A stretch of 64,000 bases of DNA from Stegostoma tigrinum (taxonomy: Eukaryota), in the NCBI RefSeq assembly GCF_030684315.1, contig NC_081354.1:16300226-16364225 (forward strand), written 5' to 3'. The position numbers and the translations under genes are program-made. Of the stretch, positions 25,884 through 39,120 are shown piece by piece. Position 1 is the stretch's first letter; the number at the start of each line of letters is the position of its first letter. The notes under the pieces were generated by a model that was not told the DNA's origin, searched no databases, and saw only the letters and a program-made list of their open reading frames with translations.

Positions 25884-26732
25884 TGATGTGCAATACCTTT
25901 GCTGGACAGGTTGTTTTAAAAACATCTGGAAAGGAGGATTGGTAGCATCAGTATGCCTCAACTGCTTACAGCCTGCAGGAAGCTGGTGCATATTTTCAGC
26001 CATGGCAAAAGGAAAGGATTTTGTGCTGGCCTCAGGAGAATACACTGGCAGCATTAAGCCTGAAGAGTAAATTAGGATGATATACATTCTTGCAGGGCCT
26101 TTCGTAGACTGTCAAATGCCCCGCCATCACTCATCACCTACTAGTTATGTGGTATTATAGGACGCTAAGTGGCAGAAAGGATCTCTGACCAGCAGAATAT
26201 GCAATTTCTTTATAATCAAAATTGCCTTCCTTCACTCCAGACTTGCCCCCAACAATCAATGCTAAATACAGAGTGAAACAAATTCATCGAACAAATATTC
26301 TCAAATCATGTCAGCATTGATACAAAAATAACTAATTGTACAAAATCTTTATCGCCGATCTGAGTGTTTTCCTGTTCTTGTGCTCCTGCAAGTTTTGCGG
26401 AGCGACTACAGCTTTGGGGAGGTAGAAAGCTGTTGAGCTTTCATTAAGGATACTTCACATGGTCTTGGATAATGCCCTTGAACATCTGAAGGCCCAAAGG
26501 GCCAGGCCAAAGATTACAATACTTCCCTCTGGACCAGCAGGCTGAGTGGGACCTGCAAGTAGAGATGGTAAATGGTGAACTAGATGGAATTAGATCATTG
26601 TTTATCTATGTTCTGGTGAAGGCAATGGAATAGCATGCCCAGTGGGCTTTCCGCTATCCCTACAACCCGACCATTGGGTCAAGAATGTTAATATTTCACA
26701 TGCCTACCCTGGTACTCACTCATTAAATTCAT

Positions 26733-27466
26733 TAGACAATAGGTGCAGAAGTAGGCCATTCGGCCCTTCGTGCCAGCACCACCATTCGTTATGATCATGG
26801 CTGATCATCCACAATCAGTATCCTGTTCCTGCCTTATCCCCATAACCCTTGATTCCACTATCTTTAAGAGCTCTATCCATCTCTTTCTTGAAAGTATCCA
26901 GAGACTTGGCCCCCACAGCCTTCTAGGGCAGAGCATTCCATATATCCACCACTCTCTGGGTGAAGAAGTTTTTCCTCAACTCTGTTCTAAATGGCCTACC
27001 CCTTATTTTTAAACTGTGTCCTCTGGTTCTGGACTCACCCATCAGTGGAAACATGCTTCCTGCCTCCAGAGTGTCCAATCCCTTCATAATCTTATACGTC
27101 TCAATCAGATCCCCTCTCATCCTCCTAAACTCAAGTGTATACAAGCCCAGTTGCTCTATCCTTTCAACATATGATAGTCCCACCATTCTAGGAATTGACC
27201 TCATGAACCTACGCTGCACTCCCTCAATAGCAAGATGTCCTTCCTCAAATTTGGAGACCAAAACTGCACACAGTACTCCAGGTGCAGTCTCACCTGGGCC
27301 CTGTACAGCTGCAGAAGGATGTCTTTGCTCCTACACTCAATTCCTCTTGTTATGAAGACCAGCATGCCATTAGCTTTCTTCACTGCCTGCTGTACCTGCA
27401 TGCTTGCTTTCATTGACTGATGTACAAGAACACCTAGACCTCGTTGTACTTCCCCTTTACCTAACT
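26733..27466 (-). mobile_element. CR1 LINE 3' fragment, same subfamily as 55139-55998
   Basis: LEYCVQFWSP, LEFRRMRGDLIETYKI and RTRGHSLKI peptides; 3' UTR near-identical to 55900-55990. Confidence 0.95.
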
Positions 27467-28242
27467 AACTAATTCTCGCAAATCAAAGCAGTTATCAAAC
27501 AAAGCGGAGTTACAATGTTATCTTCAGCTTGCTCTTTCAAATGAAAGATCTTATTTTGTATTCCATCTTTTTTCTTTCTCTCAACCCACTCTCTTCCTTC
27601 CTTCTTTCCCCTTTCTGTTTATAATTGGACCCGAGTTCACATTCTGTAGTTCACCATTTTTGTATCCCTTTCCCTGATTGGCAAATTAGATGAACTATTG
27701 GTCATAGCATTCATGAGGCCCCACTTGTGACCTTGGATGCTGCATTATTGGCTCAATGTTTCAGTACTTTACAACTCACTTTGAGTGAGACGTCACTGGG
27801 AAGGAGTAAAATCCAGTGAGTGCCATTCACTGCAAATTCTATTATTGAAACAACTCAGGCCCAAGCCAAATATGGATGTACTTCTCTGTAAATCTGGTCC
27901 AGTTGCTTTCTCCATTTACACTATCATTTGCTTCAATCATATTTATATAAATTGAGGCAGAGCCTACGTTCATTTTTTGTGAAACTGATGCTTTGCGGGT
28001 ATGTAAATAAAAATAAAGTTGCCTAAAATTCCTCCCTCTTTATGGGTTGCTCAGGAACCGTCCTTGCTCACTGAACTCTATTTACTGAACTGTTTCCTGC
28101 TAAGATTTGTCCACTCCAGCTTCTGTAACTTGTTAATGGGATTTAAATGAGACCAGTCTTGGTTGGGGGCAGTATAACAGGAGCAACCAGTTGCTGTTAT
28201 TACCTCCCGTGCAGTTGTACATTGCCAAGCAAGTGTCATGCT

Positions 28243-28960
28243 TTAAAAAGACCCTAATGAGTTATGGTAGTCCACAAAGCACACCACATATTCATGATTG
28301 TGATTTTCTACACAGAAACCTTCTGATTCCTGATGAGCAGTGAGCTGGAGAGCACTTTGCTGCAGATTAGTGAGGTACTGAATAGTCGTGGTGAGTCTAT
28401 CATGCATCCTATTAATGATGGCATTCACGGTGTGCCAACCATTGAGGGTGTGCCAGCACTTACTTAGCTGCCGTGTTTGATGCTCCATGCTGTTCTCCAC
28501 TCTTCCTGTGGATGAAAACATCAGCACAATGACCCATGACATTGTGGTGTTTGTGTTTGAAATAAACCTGTGCCAACTTTTTTTGTAAGCACAGTGAGTG
28601 GCATGAGTGCCTGCAGCAAGCTCTACTTTCTATGCTGCTGCTGCTTTAGTCATATCTTCTTCATCAGCAACCCCCAAGCATCAGCGTCCAGCTGGGTATA
28701 GCTTCAAATACCCTGCATCCTTCAGTATGGACTCTGCGCTACTGACCCTACTTCCACAATATTTTCCTGCTCACTTGTGATGTGGAGTTAACAGGTGAAA
28801 ACCCAACTATCTTCTGTGTTAGTTCAACCAAAGTGTGAGTATCTGCCTTTGTATGATCTGTGTGACCAAACACCCTCAGAGTGAATGACCGCAGTGTTAT
28901 CTTTGTCCTTCCGAATAAGATCCTTATAAGATCAAAGATTTGAGTTAGAACTGCCAATCT
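28243..28960 (-). mobile_element. Possible highly degraded RTE-clade RT remnant
   Basis: ORF 28243-28542 contains IINRM..RL and YVVCFVDY, resembling the CFVDYxKAFD region of LINE RT. Confidence 0.3.
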
Positions 28961-29829
28961 TAAAAAGAAGAATGTTTTAAATGAACATCATGCACATGTT
29001 CTTTCATTGATCATTGACATCAAGTCATCATGACTAAGGCTCATATTCCACGTGGCTGTCTGATATTAAATTCTGTCTCCAGACTGTCTCCCTATCTCAG
29101 ACAAACAAACTGAGGCTCCTCTTATGTCCACAATGTCCTTCTTTGCAGCTCTCAGTTGCAAGAGTGCCACCTCTCATTCTCTGCTTCTCCTTTATATTCT
29201 GTGCTCCCTTCCTTTCTGTCAGGTGGAATTAAAGCAGATTAAAGCAAAGCATTAGTGATTGTGAGGGAGAGGCAAGGCATGACAAAAAGATAAGGGTGAG
29301 TGCCAGTGATTGATACACAGAGAGATATTTAACAAAGTGTACAGACAGAGGGGGTTGGATGTAACTGCAAGGTAAGTTGGTGGAGTACTCCATGTGCTGG
29401 AGTAAACTTCAGAAGGTGGATAAAGGAATTTGGAATGATATCCACTCAGGATGTAGTCGCATATGCCACTGTTCTCACTTTTTCTACCCTGCTTACGTTA
29501 ATAAATTGTTTTCAACACTGAATGCATGAACTTGCACAATGCTCCTGTTGCTGGCCTTTTGTTTTACTCCAGTCACTTTAAGATTGACCTTCTTCCTCTC
29601 GTCACTTGAGGACAGTAGCACCAGGCCCCAATCTTCACATCCAGGGAACCGTCACTGAAATGATGCACAGCCTTTGAACATCTGGAGTCCATTCTGTCAA
29701 TTTTTTTTTCACTCTGAACTCCAGGATTCTCCGAATCTCATGTTTGTAACATCCTTTAAACACTACGGATGAAATTGACTTCTGGGTCATTATTGTATTG
29801 GCTAAACTATTGGCTAAGAATCCACAAAG

Positions 29830-30095
29830 CCTTCAACAAAACACACAGCAGGAATGAGATGGAACACTCAGCTCTTGCCTGGATGAGTGCAGGTGCAACA
29901 ACATTCAAGAAGCTCAACACCATCCTGGACAAAGCAGTCCATTTGAGGGGCAGCCTTTCCAAGTACCTTCACTTCCTTTATCACTGGCTCACAGCAATGT
30001 GTCCTGCAGTAACTCACCGAATCTACTCTGAGCAGCGCCTTGCAAAGCTGTGATGCCTGCCATTGACAAGGGCATCAGATGCATGGAAACACTGT
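29830..30095 (+). mobile_element. LINE-B ORF2 C-terminal fragment
   Basis: RNEMEHSALAWMSAGATTFKKLNTILDKAVHL in ORF 29769-30053. Confidence 0.75.
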
Positions 30096-30919
30096 CAGCT
30101 ATGTGCGCATTATTACGTCTCCTATCAAGTAAGCTGCATGCACGCTGAGCTCTTGCCACTGCACAGCTTGATTCTAGGCATCATGTGCCAAGACATTCTA
30201 CAGTATAAGTGGAAAATAAGAGAGCAAAACACGGGGCATGTACTTTGCCTGCATTTTAATTCCAAAGTAAATACAACATTGGAACAGTATGCAAGTAAAT
30301 AATTTCAATATTTTAGCAATGTCCAAGTAATTCCTTCTTGTCTCTGCGCTATGGGTCTATAAATTTAATCAGCACTTAACCACAGCAGACAAAATCATAC
30401 AATATTTGAATTATTGGGAACAATAACCAAAATCTAATGACAGCTACTGCTACTCTAATGATTTCTTGCTGCACGTTTTCAGCAAAAATAATGTAATTTC
30501 TTCCCAATGATGTGATTCACATTGACTAGCACTACAAGTTGCATTGTAGCAGGTGACAGATTTCAGTGAGGACCACCTTATGGTTTGGATGTCTTTTTAT
30601 TCCTGGATCAGGTTCAGGTAGGAGGATTACTGCTTGAGCCCCTTGGGTAAACATAATACCTCGTGAGAGCCTGACTCCTCCTCCCTGTCTGGCAGCTCAT
30701 CCTGATCTTCATGCTCTGTTCTAGGGAAAATATCTGTCAGTAAAGGTATATACACGGGGAGGCAGATCAGTGCAGAAACTGGAAGTCAACAGGAACTCCT
30801 TTAACTGTTTATACAACTCATTCAGCAGGCTTCTGCAACATTAAATGACTCAAGAAAGCATCAAGCACTTAAATTTGTGTCGATAGTGAGACAAACTCAA
30901 ACAGCAACTAAACTGTGAC

Positions 30920-31992
30920 TGTTTTTATATTTGTCCACACGGTATGGGTATCTCAGAGAATGTCAACAATTATTACCCATTCCTAATTTCCCTTGAGATG
31001 GTGGTGTTGCGTTATCTTCTTAAACTGTGTACTCCATGTGACGCAGGGACCCTTACATTGCTGTTATGAAAGGCGTTCCAGGAGTTTGACCCAGTGACAC
31101 TAAAAGAATTGTGATATAATTCCAAGTCAGAATCCTGTACAGTTGGAACGGGAGCTTGCAGGGGGTGGTACTTCCATACATCTGTTTCCCATGTCCTTCT
31201 AGATATCGAGTTTGTGGGTTTGGCAGATGCTGTTGAAAGAGCCGTGGTGAGGGAATGAATGTTTAAGATCATGGATGGGGTACCAATCAAAGGACTGCTT
31301 TTGTCCTGCGTACTCTCAAGATCCTTGAGCGTTGCTGGAGCAGTACCCATCCAGACAAGGGGTGAATTTTCCATCCTTCTCCGTACTGTGCCTTGTAGAT
31401 GATAGACAGGCTTTGGGGAGACAGAAGACAAGTTTCTCACCAGAATTATAGGATTGTAATAGAAGGGAATTTTAACTTTCCAAACATCTGGGAGTCCTAG
31501 CCTCTGTCTTGGTCTTGTAGCTCCAGTATGTTTTTGGCTGGTCCAGTTCTGTGTCCCATCTATGATAACCACTAGAATGTTCATAGGTGAGGGTGCAGCA
31601 GTGGAAATGCCACTGAATATCAAGGGCTGATGCTTAGATTCTCTCTTGTTAGAGATGCTCAATGCCTGACATTTGTGTCATGTGAATGTTGTCTGCCACG
31701 TGCCAGCCCAAGCCTGGATGTTGTCCATCTGTTGCTACATATAGACGCAGACTGCTTCGATATCTAAGGAGTTGCAAATGATGCTGTAAATTGTGCAATC
31801 ATCAGTGAACGTTCTCACTTAAAGTCCCCCATACCCCGAGTGCTTTGCTGTACAACGTGAAGAAGGATATATTCATCAGCCAACATGGGAGTGGAAGGTA
31901 GTAATCCGCAGGAGCTTTCTTCGCTCATGTTTGACCTTGTGCCATGAGGCTTCATGTCTATTTTGAGGATTCCCTAAGCAACTCCCTCCCAT
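30920..31992 (-). mobile_element. LINE-B 3' fragment (about 1.07 kb) carrying a 52-bp foreign insert
   Basis: ORF 31012-31662: VRRRMENSPLVWMGTAPATLKDL..QDK, LNIHSL, SFSVTGSNSWN; FADD-like region near 31790-31810. Confidence 0.85.
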
Positions 31993-31994
31993 CC

Positions 31995-34580
31995 TCAATG
32001 ATCTGGCAGGTAGATTAGCTAGCGCTGTAAGGAGCCTTTAAGCTTAATACAGAGGGTGAGGTGGAGGGATCCTAGGTAGTAGTGAAAGACAGATGAGCTT
32101 GGTTCAGAAGTTAAAGAGAGCAAGTTAGGCAGGCAAGAGCAAGTCATAGAATGAGATAACTGAAGAATTAAATTGCATTTATTTCAATGTAAGGAGCTTG
32201 ACAGGTAGGGCAAATGAACTCGGGGCATGTATAGAAATCTGGTACTGGCATATCATAGTTATTGCAGAAACATAGCTGAGGAAGAGACAGGACTGGTAGC
32301 TCAATATTGTGGGGTGCAAGTGCTATAGAAAGGATAGAAAGGGAGGTAAGAGAGGAGAGGAATTGATGTTTTTAATTAGGAAAAACATTGCTGCTATACT
32401 TAGGATATTGCTAAGGATTGTCCAGTGAAACTGTATAGGAGGAACTCAGAAATAAGAAGGGGTTGATTACCTTGATGAGATTATACTATAGATCCCCCAA
32501 CAGTCAATGGGAAACTGAGGAGCAAATATGCAGGGAGATCTCAGATCTGTGTGAGAATTATAGGATTGTAATAGAAGGGAATTTTAACTTTCCAAACATC
32601 TGGGAATACCATATTATTAAGGGCTTGGATGGGGAGGAATTTGTTACATGTGTTCAAGAAAATTTTCTTTAGCAATATGTGGATATATTAAAGTTACTGG
32701 CATTAACCAGTAGACGACAACTAAAAAACTAATAAGGTGGGTGAATAAAAGATGAGAATGAGCTGGCTAGTAATATAAAAGAAGATTGCAAGAGTTTTTA
32801 TCAGATAAAAGATGAGAGGGAGGCAAGAATGGGCACAGACAACTGCAAAATGAACCTGGAGATGTAATAACGGGGAATAAAGAAATGACAAAGGAGCAAG
32901 ATATGTACCTTACATTAGTCTTCATAGTGTGAAACACCAGTAGCATACCAGAACTTCAAGAGAGTCAGGGTGCAGAGGTGAGTGCAGTGTCCATCATTTA
33001 AGAGGAAGGTACTGTGGAAGCTGAAAGGTCTGAAGGTGGATAAATCACCCAGGCCAGATAGACTACACCCCAGAGTTCTGAGGGAGATAGCTGAGAAAAT
33101 AGTGGAGACATTGGTAGTGATTTTTCAGGAACCACTGGAGTCAGGGAGAGTGTCTGAGGTCTGAAAAATGTCTAATGTTACGCCCCTGTTTAAGAAGGGA
33201 GGGAGGCCGAAGTTGGGAACCTGTAGGCCGGTTAGCCTGGCCTTGGTCATTTGGTAAGATTGAAGAGTCTGTTATGAAGGATGAGATTCGGAGAATGTGG
33301 AAGTAGATAGTAAAATAAGGCTGAGTCAGCACAGCTTCGTCAAGGAGAAGTCATGCCTCAGTGAGAATTCTTTGAGGAGTTAACCATCAAGTTAGACAAA
33401 GGAGACCCAATGGACATGTCAAAGGCCTTCTGGAGATCCAAATAATCAAGATGCTGAACAGGAGGCTGATGAATAAGACAAGAGCCCATGGTGTTAGGGG
33501 CAAAGTACTGGCATAGCTAGAGCTTTGGCTGACTGGCAGAATACAAAGGGATTAAGGGGTCTTTTTCAGGATGGCAGTCAGTGACTAGTGGAGTTCCACA
33601 GGGATCCACACTGAGACCACATGTTATACATTCACAATCTGATGACGGAACTGAAAGCATTGTTGCCAAGTTTACAGATGTCAGAGATAGCTCGAGGTGC
33701 AGGTGGTGTTGAGGAAGCGGAGATGCCGTATAAAGATTGGGCAGGTTAGGTGTGTGGGCAAAGAAGTAGCATATGGAATACAATGTGGGAAAGTGTGAGG
33801 TTATGTACTTTGGTAGGAAGAGAGAGGTGCAAATTATTTTCTAAATGGACAAAGGCTTCAGAATCTGAAGCACAAAGGGACTTGTTAGTGCTAGTTCAGG
33901 ATTCTATAAGGTTAATTGTAGGTTCACTTAGCAATTAGAGAAGCCAAATGAAATGTTGACATTCCTTTCAACAGAATATAAAAGCAGAAGTGTGCTGCTG
34001 AGACTGTATAAGGCTCTGGCCAGACCTCATTTGGAATATAGTGGGCAGTTTTGGGCTCCATATCTAAAGTGGGATGTGCTAGCATTGGAGGGGGTCCAGA
34101 GGAGGTTTACGAGAATGATCCTGGGGTGAAGGGCTTGTATATGAGGAGCAGTTGAGGACTCTGGGTCTGCACTAGATGGAATTTAGAAAGATGAGGAAGA
34201 ATCTGTTTGAAACTTGGAATACTGAGAGGCTTGAATAGAGTTGACACAGAGAAGATGTTTCCATTAGAAGGGACCTGGACCTGGGGGTATAGCGTCTGAG
34301 TGAAGGAATGTTCCTTCAGAACTGAGATGAGGAGGAATTTCTTCAGTCAGAGATGATGATTCTCTGGAATCCATTGCCTCAGAAGGCTGTGGAGGACAAA
34401 CCGTTCAATACATTTAAGACAGAGATAGATAGATGGGTTCTTGGTTGGTAAGGTGATCAAGGGTTATGGGGAGAAAGCAGGCGAATGGGTTTGAGAAACA
34501 TAGCAGTGATGATTGAATGGTGGAGTAGATTCAATGGGCTGAATGACCTAATTCTGCCTCTATTTAATGGTCTTATGGCT
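31995..34580 (+). mobile_element. Old degenerate CR1 LINE: APE endonuclease start (about 32165-32690) joined to RT and 3' UTR
   Basis: LNCIYFNVRSLTG, YYRSPNS, GNFNFPNI, KVDKSPRPDRLHPRVLREI, gtggagttccacagggatc (GVPQGS), CR1 3' UTR; many stops and frameshifts. Confidence 0.92.
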
Positions 34581-35039
34581 TCTTATAGAGCCACCAGTTA
34601 TTCCTCACATATCTCTATGATTTTGTGACTTTATCTGCAGTTTATCATGTTCGCAGTTATGAGCAAAGTTAGGCTCCCTGTGCAGTCCTTCCGAATGATT
34701 AAAATAATGAACAGTCCACTTAGATAAAGCAACTGCATGTGATTTAAGAATAAGTAAATCTAAGCCTACAGTGAGCCAGATATTACTGCAGTAGTAGGTT
34801 TCTTGGCAAGTGAAAGTAGTAATTTTTACAACTCAGTGTTGCCATCTCAATGCATTTGCCTTGCAAAATGCTGGTAACAGCGCAGAAAAGTCAATATTTG
34901 TGAACATCATACCAGTTGACTTATCCCCTGTATCAACAGAGTAAATTGACAGGAAAAGAATCAGAGTGAATACAAGAAACAGTTTGGAGACAGATCTGAA
35001 ATGGAAAGATGTAAAGAGAGCAACATTATTGGCAGTGTT

Positions 35040-35530
35040 ATGTGTTATACTTCTGACAACTGTTTCTTTGCTGACAATATTGTGATGTGTTTGTAATGAC
35101 AGTTTGAGTTACATTGAGGATTGTGCTGTGATTTTTCATGAAGGCAGTGGTGTGATTTACGTTTGTGGTATGGATAACATATTGGCAGTATTTGTGTTTG
35201 ACAGTGAGCAGTTGCATGCTTGCTATTAATGTTGGTTAAATTATTGACATTAGTGTGGGCTATATGATTGGCGGTACTGTAGTTTGCATATTGACTGTAT
35301 TGTAGACCATTTGACAATATTGGCAATAGTTTGGTCTACATTATTGTTGTTAGTGTGGGTTGCAATATTAACATTGTTACATTATTGATTGATAGTTGCA
35401 TTATTTACAGTTGCATGGATTTATTGCATTGTTGAAAGCTTTCAGTACATTATTGCTGTAGTGTTAGTTACATCACTGACAAGTGATTACATCATTGACT
35501 CTAGTATAAGGTTACATTACTGACATAACA
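35040..35530. repeat. Highly degenerate minisatellite-like tract
   Basis: Recurring (g)ttacat(t/c)a(t/c)tgac and cagtgtgg-like motifs. Confidence 0.45.
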
Positions 35531-35654
35531 TTACAGAAGAAGTTTCCTTGTTGGCACTTGAATGGCCTGTTTCTGTCTGTTACATTCTATGAATCAATTG
35601 AAATGCTCATGCATTATTTTACCTCACCAGTGGAGCCTCCAACCCTGCACCTAT

Positions 35655-35740
35655 ATTAGAAGGATGAAGGGGAATCTGATTGAAACTTACAGAATACTGA
35701 GAGGCCTGGATAGCGTGGACACGGTGAAGACGTTTCCAGA
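35655..35740 (+). mobile_element. Small CR1 fragment
   Basis: RRMKGNLIETYRILRGLD peptide. Confidence 0.7.
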
Positions 35741-37419
35741 AATCTATAAATTATTTTTCAACTTCCCCTTGAACATTACCGGATATCTGTATATGTACTG
35801 TATGTTCTTATCCGCTTGAACTTTTATGGAAGAAGCTCAAAGCTCTGCTCAGACTTATGCTCAAAATGTAATATTTATAGCATTAAGCCAATGTATAAAG
35901 AGAAGCCCTTTCCCACTGTGGTATAATGTTAACCAAGAGAGGAAACGTGTGTAAGTACTTCTGTTTAGAAGTACTCCCAATTCATTGAAGAAAGTATTAA
36001 CTTGAGTGAATGTTTTTGTTTTTTTAAGTAAAAAATATCAGGTTTCTATTCTAATCCAAATGGGGTGCCTCTCTGCTGGGCTATGAAGGTGGAGTCCAAT
36101 CCAGGAAACCACAATGTAGTCTGAGAAACTTGTTTCCTCTGTTTCTGAATCCCACGTTTTAAAACGTGAAACCCTCATTATGGGACGTGTGATCAAGTTT
36201 CATATGTTTATAATTCACACTTTCTGGTAATTATAAAGCCCTCCTCTGCTCTATAACCACAGAACCCAATTTTAAATGTTACTTAGATTAATAATAATGG
36301 CCTAGGTTTCATGATTAGTTGTATTAAAAAAAATCCAACACCAGCCATTTATTATGCTTCCACTTTGCCGATGACGTTTATGATAATTTACACTGGAAGT
36401 TGTCATTATTAGCCAACAACCACAGTGTAGTGCCTGATTCAGCGAATTATGGAACCTGTGTGAACAACACAAGCAAATAGGAGCTCTCATTTTGTATTTT
36501 GGTGAGCCTGTGAGCACTGGCTATTATAAATGAACAAATCAGAGAGCAACTGACCAGGATGGTTTATGGTAGAATATGAAGTTGCTGTCAGTTACTCTGC
36601 TCATTCACAACATGCAAACAGTAGATCTGACACTGAAATCAACTCAGTAGTGTAAAGCTGGGGTACTTCTCATTTATTCCTCACTAAAGATTTTAGAAAA
36701 AATCTTCAAGTGAGGAGGGGTTTAATAGCTTCCATAGACTGCACACAAAGACACTGAAAGCAGAGGAAAGGTTGCATGACTATGACAAGCCAGCAGGCAG
36801 ACTAAAATCACCAAACAAATGTATTCAGGAGTAAATACATTTTTGTCAGCAGCGTGATAGGTTTTGATTTCTTTCAGATAACCTCTCCAGGTCTGAAAAT
36901 TTCACATTATAATTGTGATGTCTCAATGCCACTGACTGTAAGATTTGCTAAAGAATCCTCAGAAAGACGTGCAGACTCTAAGTCAAGAGGTATAAATTAG
37001 AATTGTTAATTCAATACCAAATTATATCCTGATTGTACTACAAAGGGAGGAATTGAAAAATGTTATTGTGGAGGTGAATGGTAAAAGAAACTGTCTTTTA
37101 CAAAAAAAACTTCTGAAAAATCTTCAACAAAATTAACATTAGAATGGATGAGATTCCACATTTGTGAGAGTTCATTTTTGTCAATACATTGTGAAAAGAG
37201 TGACTAACAGATGAATGGATAATGCTTTGTATATCTTTCAAGGTTGATTATCATTAAAAACTACTTCAAGTTTTTGCATACCTTTGAATGCCAAACACCT
37301 TGGTGAGGTACTGATGTAGCAGAGGTGTTGGAGAAGCAGGGCACCCCTTGAACGGCTGCTTCCTGATTTCCACAGTTAACTACGGCCTCTGTACAGCCTT
37401 TTTAACTTCATATCACTAG

Positions 37420-37850
37420 ATAGATTCCAGAGATTAGATGTTATTGTTTGACGCAAAGATCAGCAGATTGGGCCTGTGTCTGTTGATGTTTAGGAAAATT
37501 ATACTTTATCCTATTAAAACAGAAGATATTGATGGCAATTGATAGTGTGGGTGTTAAAAGGATGTTTCCCCTTGTGAGACAAACCAGAACAAATGACATA
37601 GAGTAGGGGATCTCCCATTTAAGAACGAGATGAACATTTCTCTCTCCTCAGAGGGTCAGTAGTCTGTAGAATTCTCTTTCCCCAAGGCATGGTAATTGAA
37701 CAGTTTTAAGGCTGAGTTAGATTCTTAATGGAGAAGTGAGTCAAAGGACATAGGGACCAGACAGTACAGACAAGACCATAAATAGTTCAGCCATGATCTT
37801 ACTAAATTGCAATGCAGCCTCAAAGAGCCGAATGGCCTATTCCTCATCCC
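37420..37850 (+). mobile_element. Old CR1 3' fragment
   Basis: aggatgtttccccttgtg and gagccgaatggcctattcct 3' UTR. Confidence 0.65.
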
Positions 37851-38744
37851 AAATCATATTCGTCACTGCACCACTCATCTACACTATTCCACAGAGCTCC
37901 TTCAACATCAACTTGGATTTCAGTCATGCCTTTAACATGGTCATACAGGGGATCAAGAATATAAGACTGGAACACTGCTTAGCTATTTTATCTTTCTCCT
38001 AAATGACTTCACCGCATATCCTACAAATAATGTTAGTAGGATTGTGAATATTTAGGTACTTGTTCTGCCCAGATAGTAGCAGGAGATAACCCCAATCCCA
38101 AACTTCATTCATTCAAACCTGCAGGACATTTCAGTGGTTGAAGCAAGAATAAGTCAAGTTACTGGGTATTGGTGGCCATGCAAAGTGATCACGTAAAACA
38201 ACCTGGAAAGCAATAGCCGAGGAATCAACTATCAACTCCTACAATCATAAAACTGCCAAGAATTCTACTGCCTCAACCAGCCAGACAAAGTCGCTGACTG
38301 CACCTTGTGTTCATTTCCCCAATCCAATAATGCACTAGTTTCACCATCTTAAGGAAGTACATCCACAACCAATCCTTTGCAAACCTCTATGGTTAAGGGA
38401 ACCCCCATTACCAACCTTACACTGAGGCAGTACAACTCCCATACCACACAACTGCCTAGCCACAGCCACAAAAGCATTTTCTCCACTTCGACACCCTCGC
38501 TAGCTACCCTCATTCTTTTTCACCTCTTGCATGCCACTCGCTATGTCCCCCTGACCCTCATTCACTTATCTCTTGGAAGAGAAATTGGAACATAATGCCT
38601 GACAAGGTGGCTACTGGAGGAGAGTCACACTCCCAGCCCTTTTTTTGTTAAATTCCTCATATGTCTTCATAGGTGCCGCTCCAACAAGACACATGAAGCT
38701 CGACACCGTGCATGTCAAAGCTTTATCAGCACGCCATGCACATT

Positions 38745-39120
38745 TATTCTCCTCATCACTGAGGCAGCCCTAACTGCAGCGTGACAAGGTGCACTGCAGC
38801 AACTTGCTGGTTTCCTTCAACAGCACCCACCAAACCCAGGACTTCCAACATCTCGCAGGACAGGGGCAATTGACGCACAGAAACGCCACCACCTAAAAGT
38901 TAATTTCCAAAATGTACACCATCTTGACTTGGAATTGTGTTGTCATTTCTTCACTGTCGCTGGTTCAAAACCCTGGAACTCCAAGTGTAACAGCACTTGG
39001 GTGCCCCTAAACCACATGGCGTGCAGCAGTTCAAGAAGGTAGTTCACCAGCGCCTCCTCAAGGGCATTTAAGGATGCAGTAAATGCCAGTCTTGCCAGTG
39101 TTGCAGATATTCCAAGAATA
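38745..39120 (+). mobile_element. LINE-B 3' end
   Basis: cttcactgtcgctggttcaaaaccctggaactcc, gcagttcaagaaggtagttcacc, taaatgccagtcttgccag. Confidence 0.75.
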
